Assembly (NCBI RefSeq): GCF_020745735.1
Contig: NW_026867633.1
Span: 682,001 to 746,000, forward strand
Reading direction: 5' to 3'
Length of the DNA: 64,000 nt
Origin: Hemiscyllium ocellatum
Lineage: Eukaryota
Positions 37,113 to 49,950 of this stretch are shown piece after piece. The notes below the pieces were generated by a model that did not search any database, was not told the origin of the DNA, and saw nothing but the letters and a program-made list of their open reading frames with translations. A program made the translations under genes and the position numbers. Each line of letters begins with the position of its first letter. Position 1 is the first letter of the stretch.

Positions 37113-38344
37113 GAAACAGTTATTCAGAAAGGAATAGAATACTGCCATTTTTACAAAGAGGCGTGGAAGATAAAAGCAATGAAGCGTTGACAGACCTCGG
37201 AAAATCACTTGGTAGACGCATTTTTAGTTTTATATTCAGCTGTGGGCAGCTTCAGCATGGAACATCTTAATGCCCAGATGAGAGTGAAAATGAGTTTTAG
37301 AAGAATTATGGAGGAATGTTGGATCCAATTAAAGGATAGAGTGAATAGTCATTTACTCCTTGCAGCTGAGAACATTAAAATGTGACCTATTTGGAATGCT
37401 TAAAACTTTAACCAATTTGGACAGTGTAAAGAGTGATATCTTGTTCCAATTATAATTAGTAACTTGTGGATAACAATATGAAATCTGCCAACAACACCCA
37501 GTTGATGAGATTTTTTTTTTAATGAGTTATCAGATTTTCGAAAGCACTGCCTGGAAGAGTGGTGGAGATAAATTCCACAAGGGAGGATCAGGTGAACTTG
37601 AACGACGGTAGATGCTTACAAAATATATAGGGTTATATGGTGGTCAGAAATGCACTGTCCGGCAGGGTGGTTGAGTGCAAATCACAAAATCTTTTTCTGA
37701 ATTCCAATCGTGTATCTTGTAGATGCTACACACTACTTCTGATGAGCATCCGTGGTGGAAGGTTTGAATATTTGTGTACGTGGTGCCAATAAAGCAGGCT
37801 GTTTGCCATGAATGGTGTTAGGTTTCTTGAGTGTTTTTGGAGCTGCACCCATCCAGGCAAATTGGACATACACCATCACAATCACGATAGACAATCCTTA
37901 TACCAGTGCGGCGAGAGATACGAGCTGAGAATACCTGGATGCCCCAATGCAACATATGCAAAGCAATTCTCTGGTAAAATAGAATTTCTTACCCGGTAAA
38001 TCTGATCAGTTTGGAACCCTTTTAAAGTCTCCATCAAAATCAAATACTTCTGAGGTTTCTGATGAAATTAGATTCAAAGTATATCGAAGAAAAAAAGATT
38101 TGACATTTCAATACACGTTCACTTTCCTGATTAATAATTCAAGAGACCCATACTAATGTCACAAAAAGCCACACTGTGGTCTGTTTTGATCTGTGAAATT
38201 ATGCCAAGTGATGACATATTCTTATCAGTACCTACCGACTAAACATTTAATTGTACAGCGACGTTGCCTAGGTTCAGAATGATGTTCAGTAAAACAGTAA
38301 AATACTTAGCAGCATGAATTACTTAGAATGATGCACGAATTTGT

Positions 38345-41300
38345 TCATCTGAGGCTGGTAATAAGGGGTAAGATTAAGGAACATTGGATGACGAGAACGA
38401 GGAACTTCTCGTCAAAATGAAGAAGGCAGCTTACGTAAGGTACAGGAAGGAAAAATCTAGCACAGCTTCGGAGGTTTAAAGACTTGCTAGACAGAAGCTC
38501 AGAAATTGACTGAGGAAAGCCAGGAGGGGGCACGACAAAGGCTTGACAAGATGCATTAGGGAGAACGCATCTTACTCATACGTGAGGTATAATAGAATTA
38601 TCAGAGATCAGGGAGGGACGATCAGGGATAGCGAAAGGAACTTGTGCGTGCAGTCTGAGCTGATAGGGGAAGCTCTAAATGAGTTTTTGCTTCGGTTTTC
38701 ACCAAGGAAAGGGAAATATTTGTAAATGAAACATTAGAGGAGCTTGGATACAGTCTTTACCAGATCAAGATGAATGAAGTTGATGTGATAAAACATTTAG
38801 AAAACATTAGGATTGATGAGTGTCCAAGGCCAGACGATATTTATCCTCGAATGCTCAGAGATGCGAGAAAGGAGGTTGCTGTGATGATGTTTGCCTCCTC
38901 CCGCTTCACAGGGGTTTTATCAGAGGATTGGAAGAAGGCGACTGTTGTTCCTCTTTTCAAGAAGGGTAATAGGGAAATCCCTGGCAATTACAGCACAATC
39001 AGTCTTACGTCTGTGGCCATCAAATATTTGGTAAGAATTCTGAGGAACAGGATTTATGACTATTTGGCAAAGCATAGTAGAAATAAAGGCAGTCAGCATG
39101 GCTTTGTGAGAGGCATGTCATGCTTCACGAATATATTGAGTTCTTTGAGGAGGTGTCAAGGCAGTTCGACGATGGTTGAGCAGTGGATGTGGTGTATATG
39201 GACGATAGCAAGTCATTTCATAAGGTTATCCATAGTAAGGTCATTCAAAAAGTCAGGAATTATGCGACACAGAGAGATTTGGCTATTTGGTTTCAGAATA
39301 GGTTGACTGACTGGAGACAGAGAGTAGTTGTAGATGGAACGTATTCAGCCTGGAGTTCAGAGTTGAGTGGGGTCCCGCAGGGCTAGGTTCTAGAGACTCT
39401 GCTCTTGGCAGTTTTTATCAATGACTTGGATGAGGAGGTTGAGGGGTGAGTTAGTAAATTTGCAGATGACATAAACGTTGGAGATGTCATCGATAGTAAA
39501 GAGTGCAAATGCAGGCTGCAGCCCGACATGGACATGATGCAGAGCTGGGCTGAGAAATGGCAGATGGAGTTCAACCTGGATAAATGCGAAGTCTGGAATT
39601 TTGTAATGTCGAAATTGAATGCATAATATACGATTAAAGACAGGACAGTGTGAAGGAACAGAGGGATCTGGATGTGCAAGCACATAGATCCCTCGGGGTT
39701 GTCACCCATTTGGATAGGGTTATAGAGTCATAGAGTCACAGAGATGCACAGCATGGAAACAGACCCTTCGGTCCAACCCATCCATGCCGACCAGATATCC
39801 CAACCCAATCGAATTCCAATTGCCAGCACGCGGCCCATATACGCACAAACTCTTCCTATTCTTAAACCCATCCAAAAGCCTCTTAAACTTTGCAATTGTA
39901 CCAGCATCCACTGCCTCCTCAGGCAGCTCATTTCATACACGTACCACGCTCTGCGTGAAAAAGTTGTCCTTTAGGTCTCTTTTATATCTTTCCCCTTTCA
40001 CCCTAAACATTTGCCCTCTAGTCGTGGACTCCCCGAACACAGGGAAAAGACTTTGTCTATTTATCCTACCCATGGGCCTCATAGTTTTGTAAGCCTCTAT
40101 TAGATCACCCCTCAGTCTCCGACGCTCCAGCCTGTTCATCCTCTCCCTGTAGCTCAGATCCTGCAACCTTGGCAACATCCTTGTCAATCTTTTCTGAACC
40201 CTTTGAAGTTTCACAACATCTTTCTGATAGGAAGGAGAACACAACTGCAGGCAATATTCCAAAGGTGGCCTAACCAATGTCCGTCACAGCCATAACATGA
40301 CCTCCCCACTCCTGTACTCAATACTATGACCAATAAAGGAAAACATGCCAAACACCTTCTTCACTACCCTCTCTACCTGCGACTCCACTTTCATCGAGCT
40401 ATGAGCCTGCACTCCAAGGTCTCTTTGTTCAGCAACACTCCCTAGGACCTTAACAGTAAGTGTATAAGTCCTGCTACTATTTGCTTTTCCAAAATGCAGC
40501 ACGTCCCATTTATCTGAATTAAACTGCATCTACCACTTCTTAGCCTATTGGCCCATCTGCTCTATATCCTGTTCTAATCTGAGGTAACCCTCTCCGTTGT
40601 TCACTACACATCCACTGTTGGTGCCATCTGCAAACTTACTAACTGTACCTCTTATGCTCGTATCCAAATCATTTATGTAAATGACAAAACGTAGATGGCC
40701 CGGCAACTACCCTTGTAGCACTCCACTGGTCACAGACCTCCAGTCTGAAAGAAACCTTGCACCACCACACTCTGTCTTCTACCTTTGAGCCATTTCCTTA
40801 TCCAAATGGGTGTTCTCCCTGTATTCCACGAGATCTAACCTTGCTAATCAGTCTAATTTTGTTGAACGTCTTACTGAAGTCCATATAGATCACATCTACT
40901 TATCTGCCCTCATCCATCTTCGTTGTTACTTCCTCAAACAACTGTGGTGGTGGAAACAGAGTCACTGGGGTCATTTCAGCGACTGCTGGCTGTTATGAAA
41001 ACATTTGGTTTTTATTTTTCATTAACACGGGGATCGAATTTATGTCCCACGAGGTTTTGCTGCAGCTCTACATGTCTCTGGTGACACCACACTTGGAATA
41101 TTGCGTCCAGTTCTGGTTTCCCTACTTTAGGAAACGTCCAGAGAGTTTGGAGAGCTAGCAAAGTAGGTTCACCAGGATGCTGCCTCGACGGCAGAGCTTG
41201 CATTATGAAGAAAGCTCCGACTGTTCTCTCTGTAGAGGAGACCTGATCGAGGTATACAATTAATATGATGAATAGATAGAGTCAATAGCCAGAAACGTTT

Positions 41301-41610
41301 ACTCGGTGTAGGATTTACTGGTACGAGGAGTCATAGTTTGAAGGTATTAGAATGAATCTATAAAGGAGAGATCAGAAGGAGGCTCTTGACACAGAGAGTT
41401 GCGAATGCATGGGAAGCGTTGCCAGCTGTGGGGGTGGAAGCAGAGTGACTGGGGATATTTAAGCGACTGCTGGACATGCACATGGATAGCAATGAGTTGA
41501 GGTGTGCTATGATTAAGTTACTATGTTTTACATTTGGATTAAACTATGCAACAAAATTATGGGCAAAAGGACGTGTTCTGTGCTGTACTTTTCTATGTTC
41601 TATATTCTAT
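38345..41610 (+). mobile_element. CR1 LINE ORF2 (RT) to 3' tail, split by a nested antisense CR1
   Basis: ORF 38770-39306 (DECPRPDDIYPRML...WKKATVVPLFKKGNREIPGNY...SQHGFVRGMSC), then DVVYMDDSKSF, SGVPQG and KFADD. The element resumes at about 40990 and ends in a TTCTATG-type tail at about 41610. Confidence 0.93.
39722..40941 (-). mobile_element. Younger CR1 (RT end and 3' UTR) nested in the older CR1
   Basis: ORFs 40284-40529 and 39933-40277 (VRPPLEYCLQLCSPSYQKDVVKLQRVQKR) and a (GACTCTAT)n tail at 39722. Confidence 0.95.
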
Positions 41611-42049
41611 GTCAGGAACGAGGTCTCTGCAGATTCCACTGTATTGCATTTTAAGTTCACTTTTCCAATACCAAGGTTGGTTCTGGGTATGCTGTTCAGT
41701 TTTATCCTTTAATACCTCGCAGCAGATTGATACAATTGATTGTCTTGCTTGGCCGTTTCAGAGACCATTGAAGATTTTATCACATGTCTGTGTATCTGGA
41801 GTCTCTTTTAGGACAGACCAGGAAAGCCCGGGAGATATGCTTCCTGAAAGTACAATGGAAAGGCAAATCGATGAAACAAAAATAGACATTGGCTTCAAGG
41901 ACACTATTACTGACACTTAGTTTTTGATCTCGACATTTTATTAATTGATTTTAATTTCCACCAGCTGCCAGGGCATTAGTCTGATCTGGATCAGTAATCC
42001 TGTAACATTTCCACAACAGCACCACAGGAAACTAGTGGAAACCACACTG

Positions 42050-42890
42050 ATCAGGTTATTTCTGGAAAGCTTAAGAGCTGTGTAAAAGAAAAGAGCTCCC
42101 ACCAATTTGACTATCGTTTAGGGACGGAGGTGATGGTAATTGGTCAGATTGTAATTATTCTCCTCACAGGGCACGGGATATAAATGAGTAATTTTCCATA
42201 TTACCAGGAAGATGTCAGAGTTGGAGTGGGAATGTAACAGCTACGCCTGGGACACGGCTTGCTGTGCAGCACATGTCTTCAGTACTATTGCCGGACTGGT
42301 ATCAAGGTCTATTCTTTTGTCCTATCTACTATTTTCAGTTGTTTTTTATGTCACTCAGAGCAAATCAAATTTGTTGATGACTGGCATCGGTGATTCTTTA
42401 GGTATGGTGACGAGGGTGAGTTGGATCATTCACTCAACACGTCTGGTTGAGGATGATGCATATAATGCAAGCTTGCCTTTTGCCCTAATGGCAGAACTGT
42501 TCCAGTGTTTAGGATGGATATGTTTGTGGAGCTCTCTCCCTCAGTGACGTCCTTACTTGTAAAGCATCATTTGTAATTGGATTATCAGGATTGCAGAGCT
42601 TTGGTCTAACTTGTTCGTGTTGCCATGTTTTCGACCATTTTATCAGATGTTAGTTCAATTGTCTGGAATGTATCCAAACAGGCGGGGTCGTCTTAAGGGA
42701 TTTTCATCACTTTTCTGGAACCATGGTTCTGATCCTGACATTTTTCCAGCACTCGTCACTGAACCATAGATCAGTTTGATGGTCATGGTAGACTGACAGA
42801 TCATCTTGGGCAAAGAAATTTCAGATTGTGATTGAATACAATTCTGTTTCTGCTGCTGTTGTGGTCTGACATCCATGTTATGAATTCTCT
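42050..42890 (-). mobile_element. Old CR1/L2-group LINE fragments
   Basis: Decayed sequence of the same kind as 33070-33870 (ORF2 pieces). Boundaries are vague. Confidence 0.45.
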
Positions 42891-42989
42891 TTTCAAAGTA
42901 AGGGTAGCTCGATAGTTGAAGAGGATTTGTGACAGAGAAATGAACTGAGTACAAAAAAAAAGAGTATTAAAGAAGTCTTATAGTGTCTA

Positions 42990-45670
42990 AGAGTTTTTGA
43001 ATCATGCAATAAGTGAACAGACCTTTTGTCCCAACTTGTCCATGATCAACGGATTTCTTAAACTGCACTAATCCTATTTGTCCGCGTTTGGCACGTACCT
43101 CTCTAAAAATTTCCTGTTCATATACCCATCCGAATGTCCTGAAATGCTGTAATTGTATTCACCTGTACCGCTTTGTCTGAACGTTCAATGCGATACAAAG
43201 CACAGTCCGTGTGAAACATTGACTTCTTTTAATTTCTTTCAATCTCACGCGCCTCATTTAGCGTGTGTCCTTTAGTTTTGGACATTCTTCCCTGGGGAAA
43301 AGACCTTGGTTCTTTTCCTCTTGACGTTATAACAATCAATAAGTTCATCCTCAGCCTCTTACGCAAAAGAGAAAAACAATCCAAGGTTAGCTACATATAT
43401 CCATTTATCCATATATCTCAAAAACTTTTGTCTCTGTCACATCATTTTAATTTTTGCACCTCTTTCAATATCAGCCTACCAAGGCAGGGCGACAATAATT
43501 GTACTCAATACTCCAATTGTGGCCTTATTGTGCTCTTGCAGAACCACGACATAATATCCCAACTCATATACTCAATGCTCTGACCGATGAAGAAGCCATG
43601 CCTAATGGCTGCTACACCACTCTGCCCCCTAGCAGATTCCCTTTTAAGGAACTATGTACTTTCAGCCCTGCTAGCTATGTACGACAACACTCCACTGGGC
43701 ACTTGAATTTACGTGTAAATCCTGCCATTGCTTTTCTAACAAAATGCAACATCACACATTTATCTGCATGAAACTCCATCAGCCAATCCTCGTTCCACGG
43801 GCTCATTTGATCATGATCACATTGTCCTTTTAAGTGACCTTCGTCACTGTCCATGATACCAGCAATTTTGGCATTGTTTCCAAACGTACAAACCATGCTT
43901 TGCATATTCTCATCCAAATCCTCTATAAAAATATCAAACAACACTTGACCTAGCACTGGTTCTTGTGACACACTGCTCGTCAAAATAAATCTTTCCACCA
44001 TCCTCTGTTTCCTAATAAAGCAAAATTATCATATATTTGGCTAGCTCTCCCGATCCATGGTGACATAACTGCATTAACTAGTCTACCACGAGGAAACTTG
44101 CTGAGCCTCACTAAGGACCACGTAGACGAGGTGTGTACTTTACCTTCATCTATTTTCTTGAGGACATCTTGAAAATATTGACACATGTTCGGGAGACATA
44201 ATTTGCCACAGCCAAAGCTATTCCGAGTATCCAAGAACAATCCTTGTCCTTAAAAATGCATGTGGATCCTATCTTTCAGAATCTCCTCCAAACATTTATC
44301 TACAACTGTCATTAGGCTCACCGGTCTGTATTTCCCTGACCTTTGATGGCAGCCTATTGTTTTAAAATGATATCACAAAATGTACTATCTTCGATTCCTC
44401 CAGGACCTTGTCCACTGCTGGAAATCACACAAATAAAATCCGAATGACCTGAAGATGCAGAAAATCAGGAACAAAACAGAAGTTGCAATAAAAGCTCACA
44501 ATTACGTTCGGATCTGAGCATAGAATTCAATTAATATTTTGGATCCAGTCACCCTTATTCATAACCACAAGGAATAGCACAAATATGTTAATCAGGGTCC
44601 GCACAATTTCTTCCCTATTTTTCCGCAATGACCTGGGATAGACTTCAATAAGTCCTGGACATTTCTCTGCGGTAATTCATTTTATGTCCTTTCGCACTTC
44701 CTGTTCGGTAATATGGCCTCGTTTCATACATCATGACATGTATTTAATCCCCAAGTCCCACACCTCCGCATCCTTCTCCACAGTCAATACTGACCAGGAT
44801 CTCACCCATCAAGCAGGAGCAGGCTGTAAGGCAGTGGAGGACGTGTTTCGAGTCTTTGAGAGGAGGGTGTACCCAGCATGGCCAGGCGCTTATGGACTGT
44901 GTTTTTGAACGCTTGAGTGTGTTTTACTGCTTTTCATAGGAAGTACTGTATTGTTTTAAACATTTGTTTTCTTTACTTTTTCGATTTGTACCAAGATACT
45001 CACCCGGGTGGTGTCGGGATTGGGGGTGGGGTGGGGACGTAAGATTGCATCACATGTGGCGACTTGCAAAATTTCACTGTTCTAATGCGAGTACATATGT
45101 CTATAAACCTAATAAACCTAATTCATTTCCTGTGGAAACACACATCCTTTAAATTTTAAGAGACCATATTCTCTGGATAGTTTCTCTTTTATCCTTCATA
45201 TGCTCGTTGAATCTTTTTTGATTCTCCTTAGCTTTCTCAGCCAAAACAATCTAATGTCCCGTTGTTGCCTTCTGATTTCCCTTGGATGTGTACTCCTACA
45301 CACCGTGTGCTGCTCAAGGGATTCACTTGATATCAGCTGCCTATATATTACACGAACCTCCTTCTTTATTCTTGGCCTGAGCCTCAATACCTTCTCTCAT
45401 GTATTGTTTCCTACCATGCTTGCATTGCCCTTCACACTCACAAAATTTTTCATGGACAGCAGGGGTTTAAAAGAATCTCAGTTGCCAGACGTCAATCTCG
45501 CTGTGAATACTTTCTCCCAATTATCTTTGGAAGTTCCTGCCGAACAACACTTTGATAAGGTTAAATTGTTGGCTGTACTCTTCTCTTCCAGAAGTATATT
45601 CAAACTAAGAGGATAGTGGTCACTTGTCGAAAAATGCTTCCACACTAACAGTATAGTCATTTTCCCTGAA
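42990..45670 (-). mobile_element. CR1 LINE, degenerate, with small nested inserts (about 44440-44570 and 44820-45128)
   Basis: ORF 43675-44001 (SSVSQEPVLGQVLFDIFIEDLDE...FHADKCVMLHF), ORF 43980-44240, and ORF 45478-45660 (HFSTSDH). Confidence 0.85.
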
Positions 45671-45755
45671 TTATTTATAAAGTGGAATTGAATTTGCAGC
45701 GTAGATCAGATATTCTTGAACTGAAATGCAGGAATGAGTAGTCAAATGTCTGCAG

Positions 45756-45759
<4 letters not shown>

Positions 45760-45797
<38 letters not shown>
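45760..45797 (+). repeat. (TG)n microsatellite
   Basis: About 19 GT/TG units. Confidence 0.95.
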
Positions 45798-45798
<1 letters not shown>

Positions 45799-46024
45799 TG
45801 TGCCTGTGTGTCTGTGCATTCGCATCTCTGAGCATATTGGTTTCTGTTGTTTTGAGAGTGTATCCATTGAAATTGCGATAAAAATGTCCCACGTCAGTCC
45901 CCCTCATTCTCTCTGTCCCTCCTGTGCTAAAGTGATGTAATACGACGATCTTCGGGCCCCGCCATGCCACCAGAGAAAGAGTAGCATTGTTCGGCTTAAG
46001 GCACCAAAGTCAGTAACTGTCCCA

Positions 46025-46257
46025 AATTTGAATTGAATTGGTTTTATTGTCACGTGCACTCTGATGAATGCAGTGATAGGTTGAAATGTCCTTGATTATG
46101 GCGCCATCTTGGATTAAACATACTGAGGTACGGAATCATAATTATTTGCAACAAAATGGAAAGAGTAATGAATGAAATCGCAATGGAGTGATAAAAACTG
46201 AAGAAAAAATGGACTCGATTTACAGTTCATTCACGACAGATTGCAAAATCAACGAGG
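46025..46257 (-). mobile_element. Retroposon-like 3' end abutting the 23-bp satellite
   Basis: The reverse complement ends AAGATGGCGCC...TCACTGC...CACGTGACAATAAAACCAATTCAATTCAAA. A similar tail (TTTCACTG...AATAAACCTAATTCA) is present at 45070-45128 (+). Confidence 0.5.
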
Positions 46258-49200
46258 CTCCAGACAGCAATGGGTCCAGTCTCCAGAATGCACCAGGCCA
46301 AGTCCACACGCTACACCAGGCCCAGTCTCCAGATTGCACCAGGCACAATCTACACTCTGGACCTGGCCCAGACCTCACAATACAGGGCAGGCCCATTTCT
46401 CCACACCACATTGAGTCCAGTCCCGAGACCAGCACGAGCCCAAACTCCAGACCACACCAGGCCCAGTCTCCAGACTGCACCGGGCACAGGCTCCAGACTT
46501 TACAGATCTAATCTCCACAACACGCCAGACCCCCTATCCAGACCTCACTGAGCCCAGTTTCCAGGCAGCACCAGGCCGTGTCCAGATTGCACCTTGCCCG
46601 TGCACCTTCCTGCAATGGTCCAGTCTCATCAACATGACAGTCCCAGTCTTCAAACCGCATTGTGCCCTGGTTTCAAACCTCATCGGGCCAAGTCTCTAGT
46701 CCATGCCAGGTGCAATCTTCAGACCGCAATGGAGCCAGTTTCCAGTGTGGACTGGACCCATTCTCCTGACAAAACTAGGCCAAGTGTCAACAACGCACTG
46801 GGCCCAGTCTCAGGCCACTCCGGGCCCAGCCTCCAATCCACGGCGGGCCCAGTTTTCTAAGGCACGGGGCCTAAATTCCAGACTGCAGATGCCCCAATCT
46901 CCAGGCTACACTGGGCCTTGTCTCCAATCAGCAGCAGGCCATATCTCCAATCTGTATGAAGCACAGCCTCCACATCACATCAGGCCCAGTCTCCATACAG
47001 CACTGTGCTCAGTCTTCCATCCACATCAGTCGTAGTCCCCAGACTGCGCTGGTCCCAGTCTTCAGAACATAAAGGGACCAGTCTGCAGGCCATTTTAGGC
47101 TTGTCTGGAGACCACACTAGGCTCAGTCTTCAGACCAATCTTGGTCTAGTTTCCAGGTTATACCAGGCCCAGTCTCCAGATGGCACCAGGACCATTTTCC
47201 AGACTAAAGCGTGTCCAGCTCCGCATCATACCAAGTCCACTCGCCCGACTGTGCTGGGATCAATTTTTCAGTCCGCACAGGGCCAATTCTCCAGTTAAGA
47301 CAATGTCTACTGTCCACACTGCACTCGGTCCAATGTCCAGATCTTGTATTTGCCAGCACTGGGCCGAGACTCCAGACCGCATTTAGTCCAGTCTCTACAC
47401 CACGCCAGCCCCGTTCACGAGACCCCACTGAGAACTGTCTGTAGTCTGTACCCAACCAAGTCACAGACCCAGCTGAACCCCGTCTTTCGACCACACAGTC
47501 CATTCTCCTGGCACAGTGGAGCTAGTCTCCTGACCTCACTGGGAGAAGTCTACAGACAAGAATGTAGACAGTATGCAGACTTGATCCTGACCAGTCCCCA
47601 GGCTGGACCAGTCCCAGTCTCCAGACAACAGTCTGCCCTTTCTCGATACAACACTGGACCAAGTCTCCAGACTGCACCAGGCCCAGCTTCGAGACCAAAT
47701 CAGCCGTAGTGTCCGTCCTGCACCAGACATGGTCAACAGTCCACACTTGCCCCAGTCTCCAGTCCGCACTGTGTTTCGTGTGCAGACCACGCCTGTTCCA
47801 ATGTCCATATTGGACGAGGCCCAGTTGTCATAGTCCTCTGGTCACTGAGTATAGACCGCCCAATGAGCCCAATCTCCGAACTGCATTGGGCTCAATCTCC
47901 AGAATGCAACAAACCCAGACTCGATCCTGCCCAAGTGTCAGTCTCCAGAAAAGGCCAACATCAGTCACCATACAGCACCTTGCCTCTTGTCCAGGTGGCA
48001 TCAGCTACTTCTCCAAAAAGACTAAAGCCCGTCTCCAGATCGCACTAGGTCCAGGCACAATCCTGCAGCGGGTCCAATCTTGAAAACTCCAGACCCTGTC
48101 TCCAGACCCCACTCTGCCTTGTCTCCAAGATAAACCTGTCCCAGCTGCAGACTATACCAGGTCCGGTCTCCAGACTGTACTGGTCCGAGTTTCCCGTCCT
48201 CACTGGACCCATTCTGCAGACAAAAGCATTTCTCTTGACGACACGCGACTGGGTCCAGTCTACAGTCCGCTCCGGGAACTGTCTCCAGCAAGCGGTGCTG
48301 AGACTTCAAACAACACAGTGCTCAGTGTTGAGATCACGCCAGGTCCAGTCACCATTGGGCCATGAGCACAGTCTCCAGTCTGTACTCGGCCAAGTCCACA
48401 GACACCGCCAGACCCCATCAGTAGAATGCACTGGACACAGTCTCCAGACTGAACCTGGCGAAGTCGGCAGACTGCACTCGGCCTCGCCTCCAGGCCAGAC
48501 CACGCTCAGTCTCCAAACGCACCAGGTCCAATCTACAGACCACACAGAGCCAAGACACTACACAACACCAGGCCCAGTTAGGATGCACAAGATAGAATCT
48601 CCAGAATACCACAGGCCCAGACTCTGTCCTGCACCGGACACAGAGAGCAGAACGCACTCGGCCCAGTCTCCAGTCCGCACTGGTCCAAGTCTCCAGACCA
48701 CGCCTGCTCCAGTGCCTACTCTGCACCAGGCACATTCGCCACGCTGCTCTTGTCTCAGTCTCCAAGCCTCACCGAGTCCAGTCTCCAATCTGCATTGGGC
48801 CCAATTGCAGATTTCATCAGGCTCAGACCCCATCCTGCACAAGTGTAAGTCTCCAGAAAATGCCTGCCACGTCCACTAGAACGCAATTGGCTCTGTCTCC
48901 AATCTGCACCAGGCCCAGTCTCCACGACGATCTGTGCCCATTCTCCACGTCGCATTGAGCCCAGACTCGAAATCGCAAGAGCCCACATCGAGATGGCACG
49001 AGTCCCAGTCTTCCAGACCGAACCAGGCCTCATCTCCATAGATCACTGGGACAGGTCTTCAGATGGCACTGAGCGGAATCTACAGATAACGCCAGGCCAT
49101 CTCTAGATTACACTGGGCAAAGTATCCAGACCTTGTGTGGCCGAGACCCCAGCCCGTGCGGGAGCTAGTCATTGACTGCACCAGGCAGAGTCTGTAGACC

Positions 49201-49950
49201 ACAATGGGCCCTATGCTTTGGCCGAACTGGGCTCAGAATCCCGACAACACTGGGCCCATTCTCCCAGCCAGACCAGGGCCAGTCTCCAAGCTGCACTCGG
49301 CCCAATCTACAGAATACTGGGCTGAGTCTCCAGAACACACCCACAGTCCATTCTCCAAACTGTCCGCATCCAGTCACTAAACTGCACCAGACCCAATCTC
49401 CAAACAATCACTTGGCCGATTCTCCAGACTCCATCAGGCAGGTCTCCAGAATTCAATTGGGCGAGTATGCAGTCCTCACTGGACGCAGCCTCCAGACTGC
49501 AGAACGCACAGTCTAACAAATTCACTGGGGCTAGCACCAGTCTTCACCAGACACAGTCTCCGGGCTGCACCAGGCACAGTCTCCAGCCCACAGTGGCACC
49601 AGCCTATGAACTGCACTGCGTAGAGTCTCCAGATAACTGTGGGCCCATCCTCCAGACGGTAGCGCGCTCAGTCTTCAAAGCACACCATACTGGGACTGCA
49701 GACCACACCAGGGCCAGTCTGTGGAATATGCCGAATCCAATCTCTAGAATATAAAGTGCCAAGTCTCCAAATTGCACAAGCCTCACATTCCACAGCAAAC
49801 TGGGCCAAATATCTAATCTGCATCGTGCATCCTGTCAAGACTGCACCCCCTCCAAACTCCAGATCTCAACATGCCCTGTCTCCTGACCACGCCGTGTCCA
49901 GTCTCCAGACAGCACAATGGCATTTCCTGGAACATTCTATCCCCGACATT
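46258..49950 (+). repeat. Degenerate 23-bp tandem satellite, consensus about AGGCCCAGTCTCCAGACTGCACC
   Basis: CCAGTCTCCAGAC recurs throughout. Translations cycle through the QAQSPDC, RPSLQTAPG and PVSRLH frames, as expected for a 23-nt period. Roughly 160 units. Confidence 0.93.
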
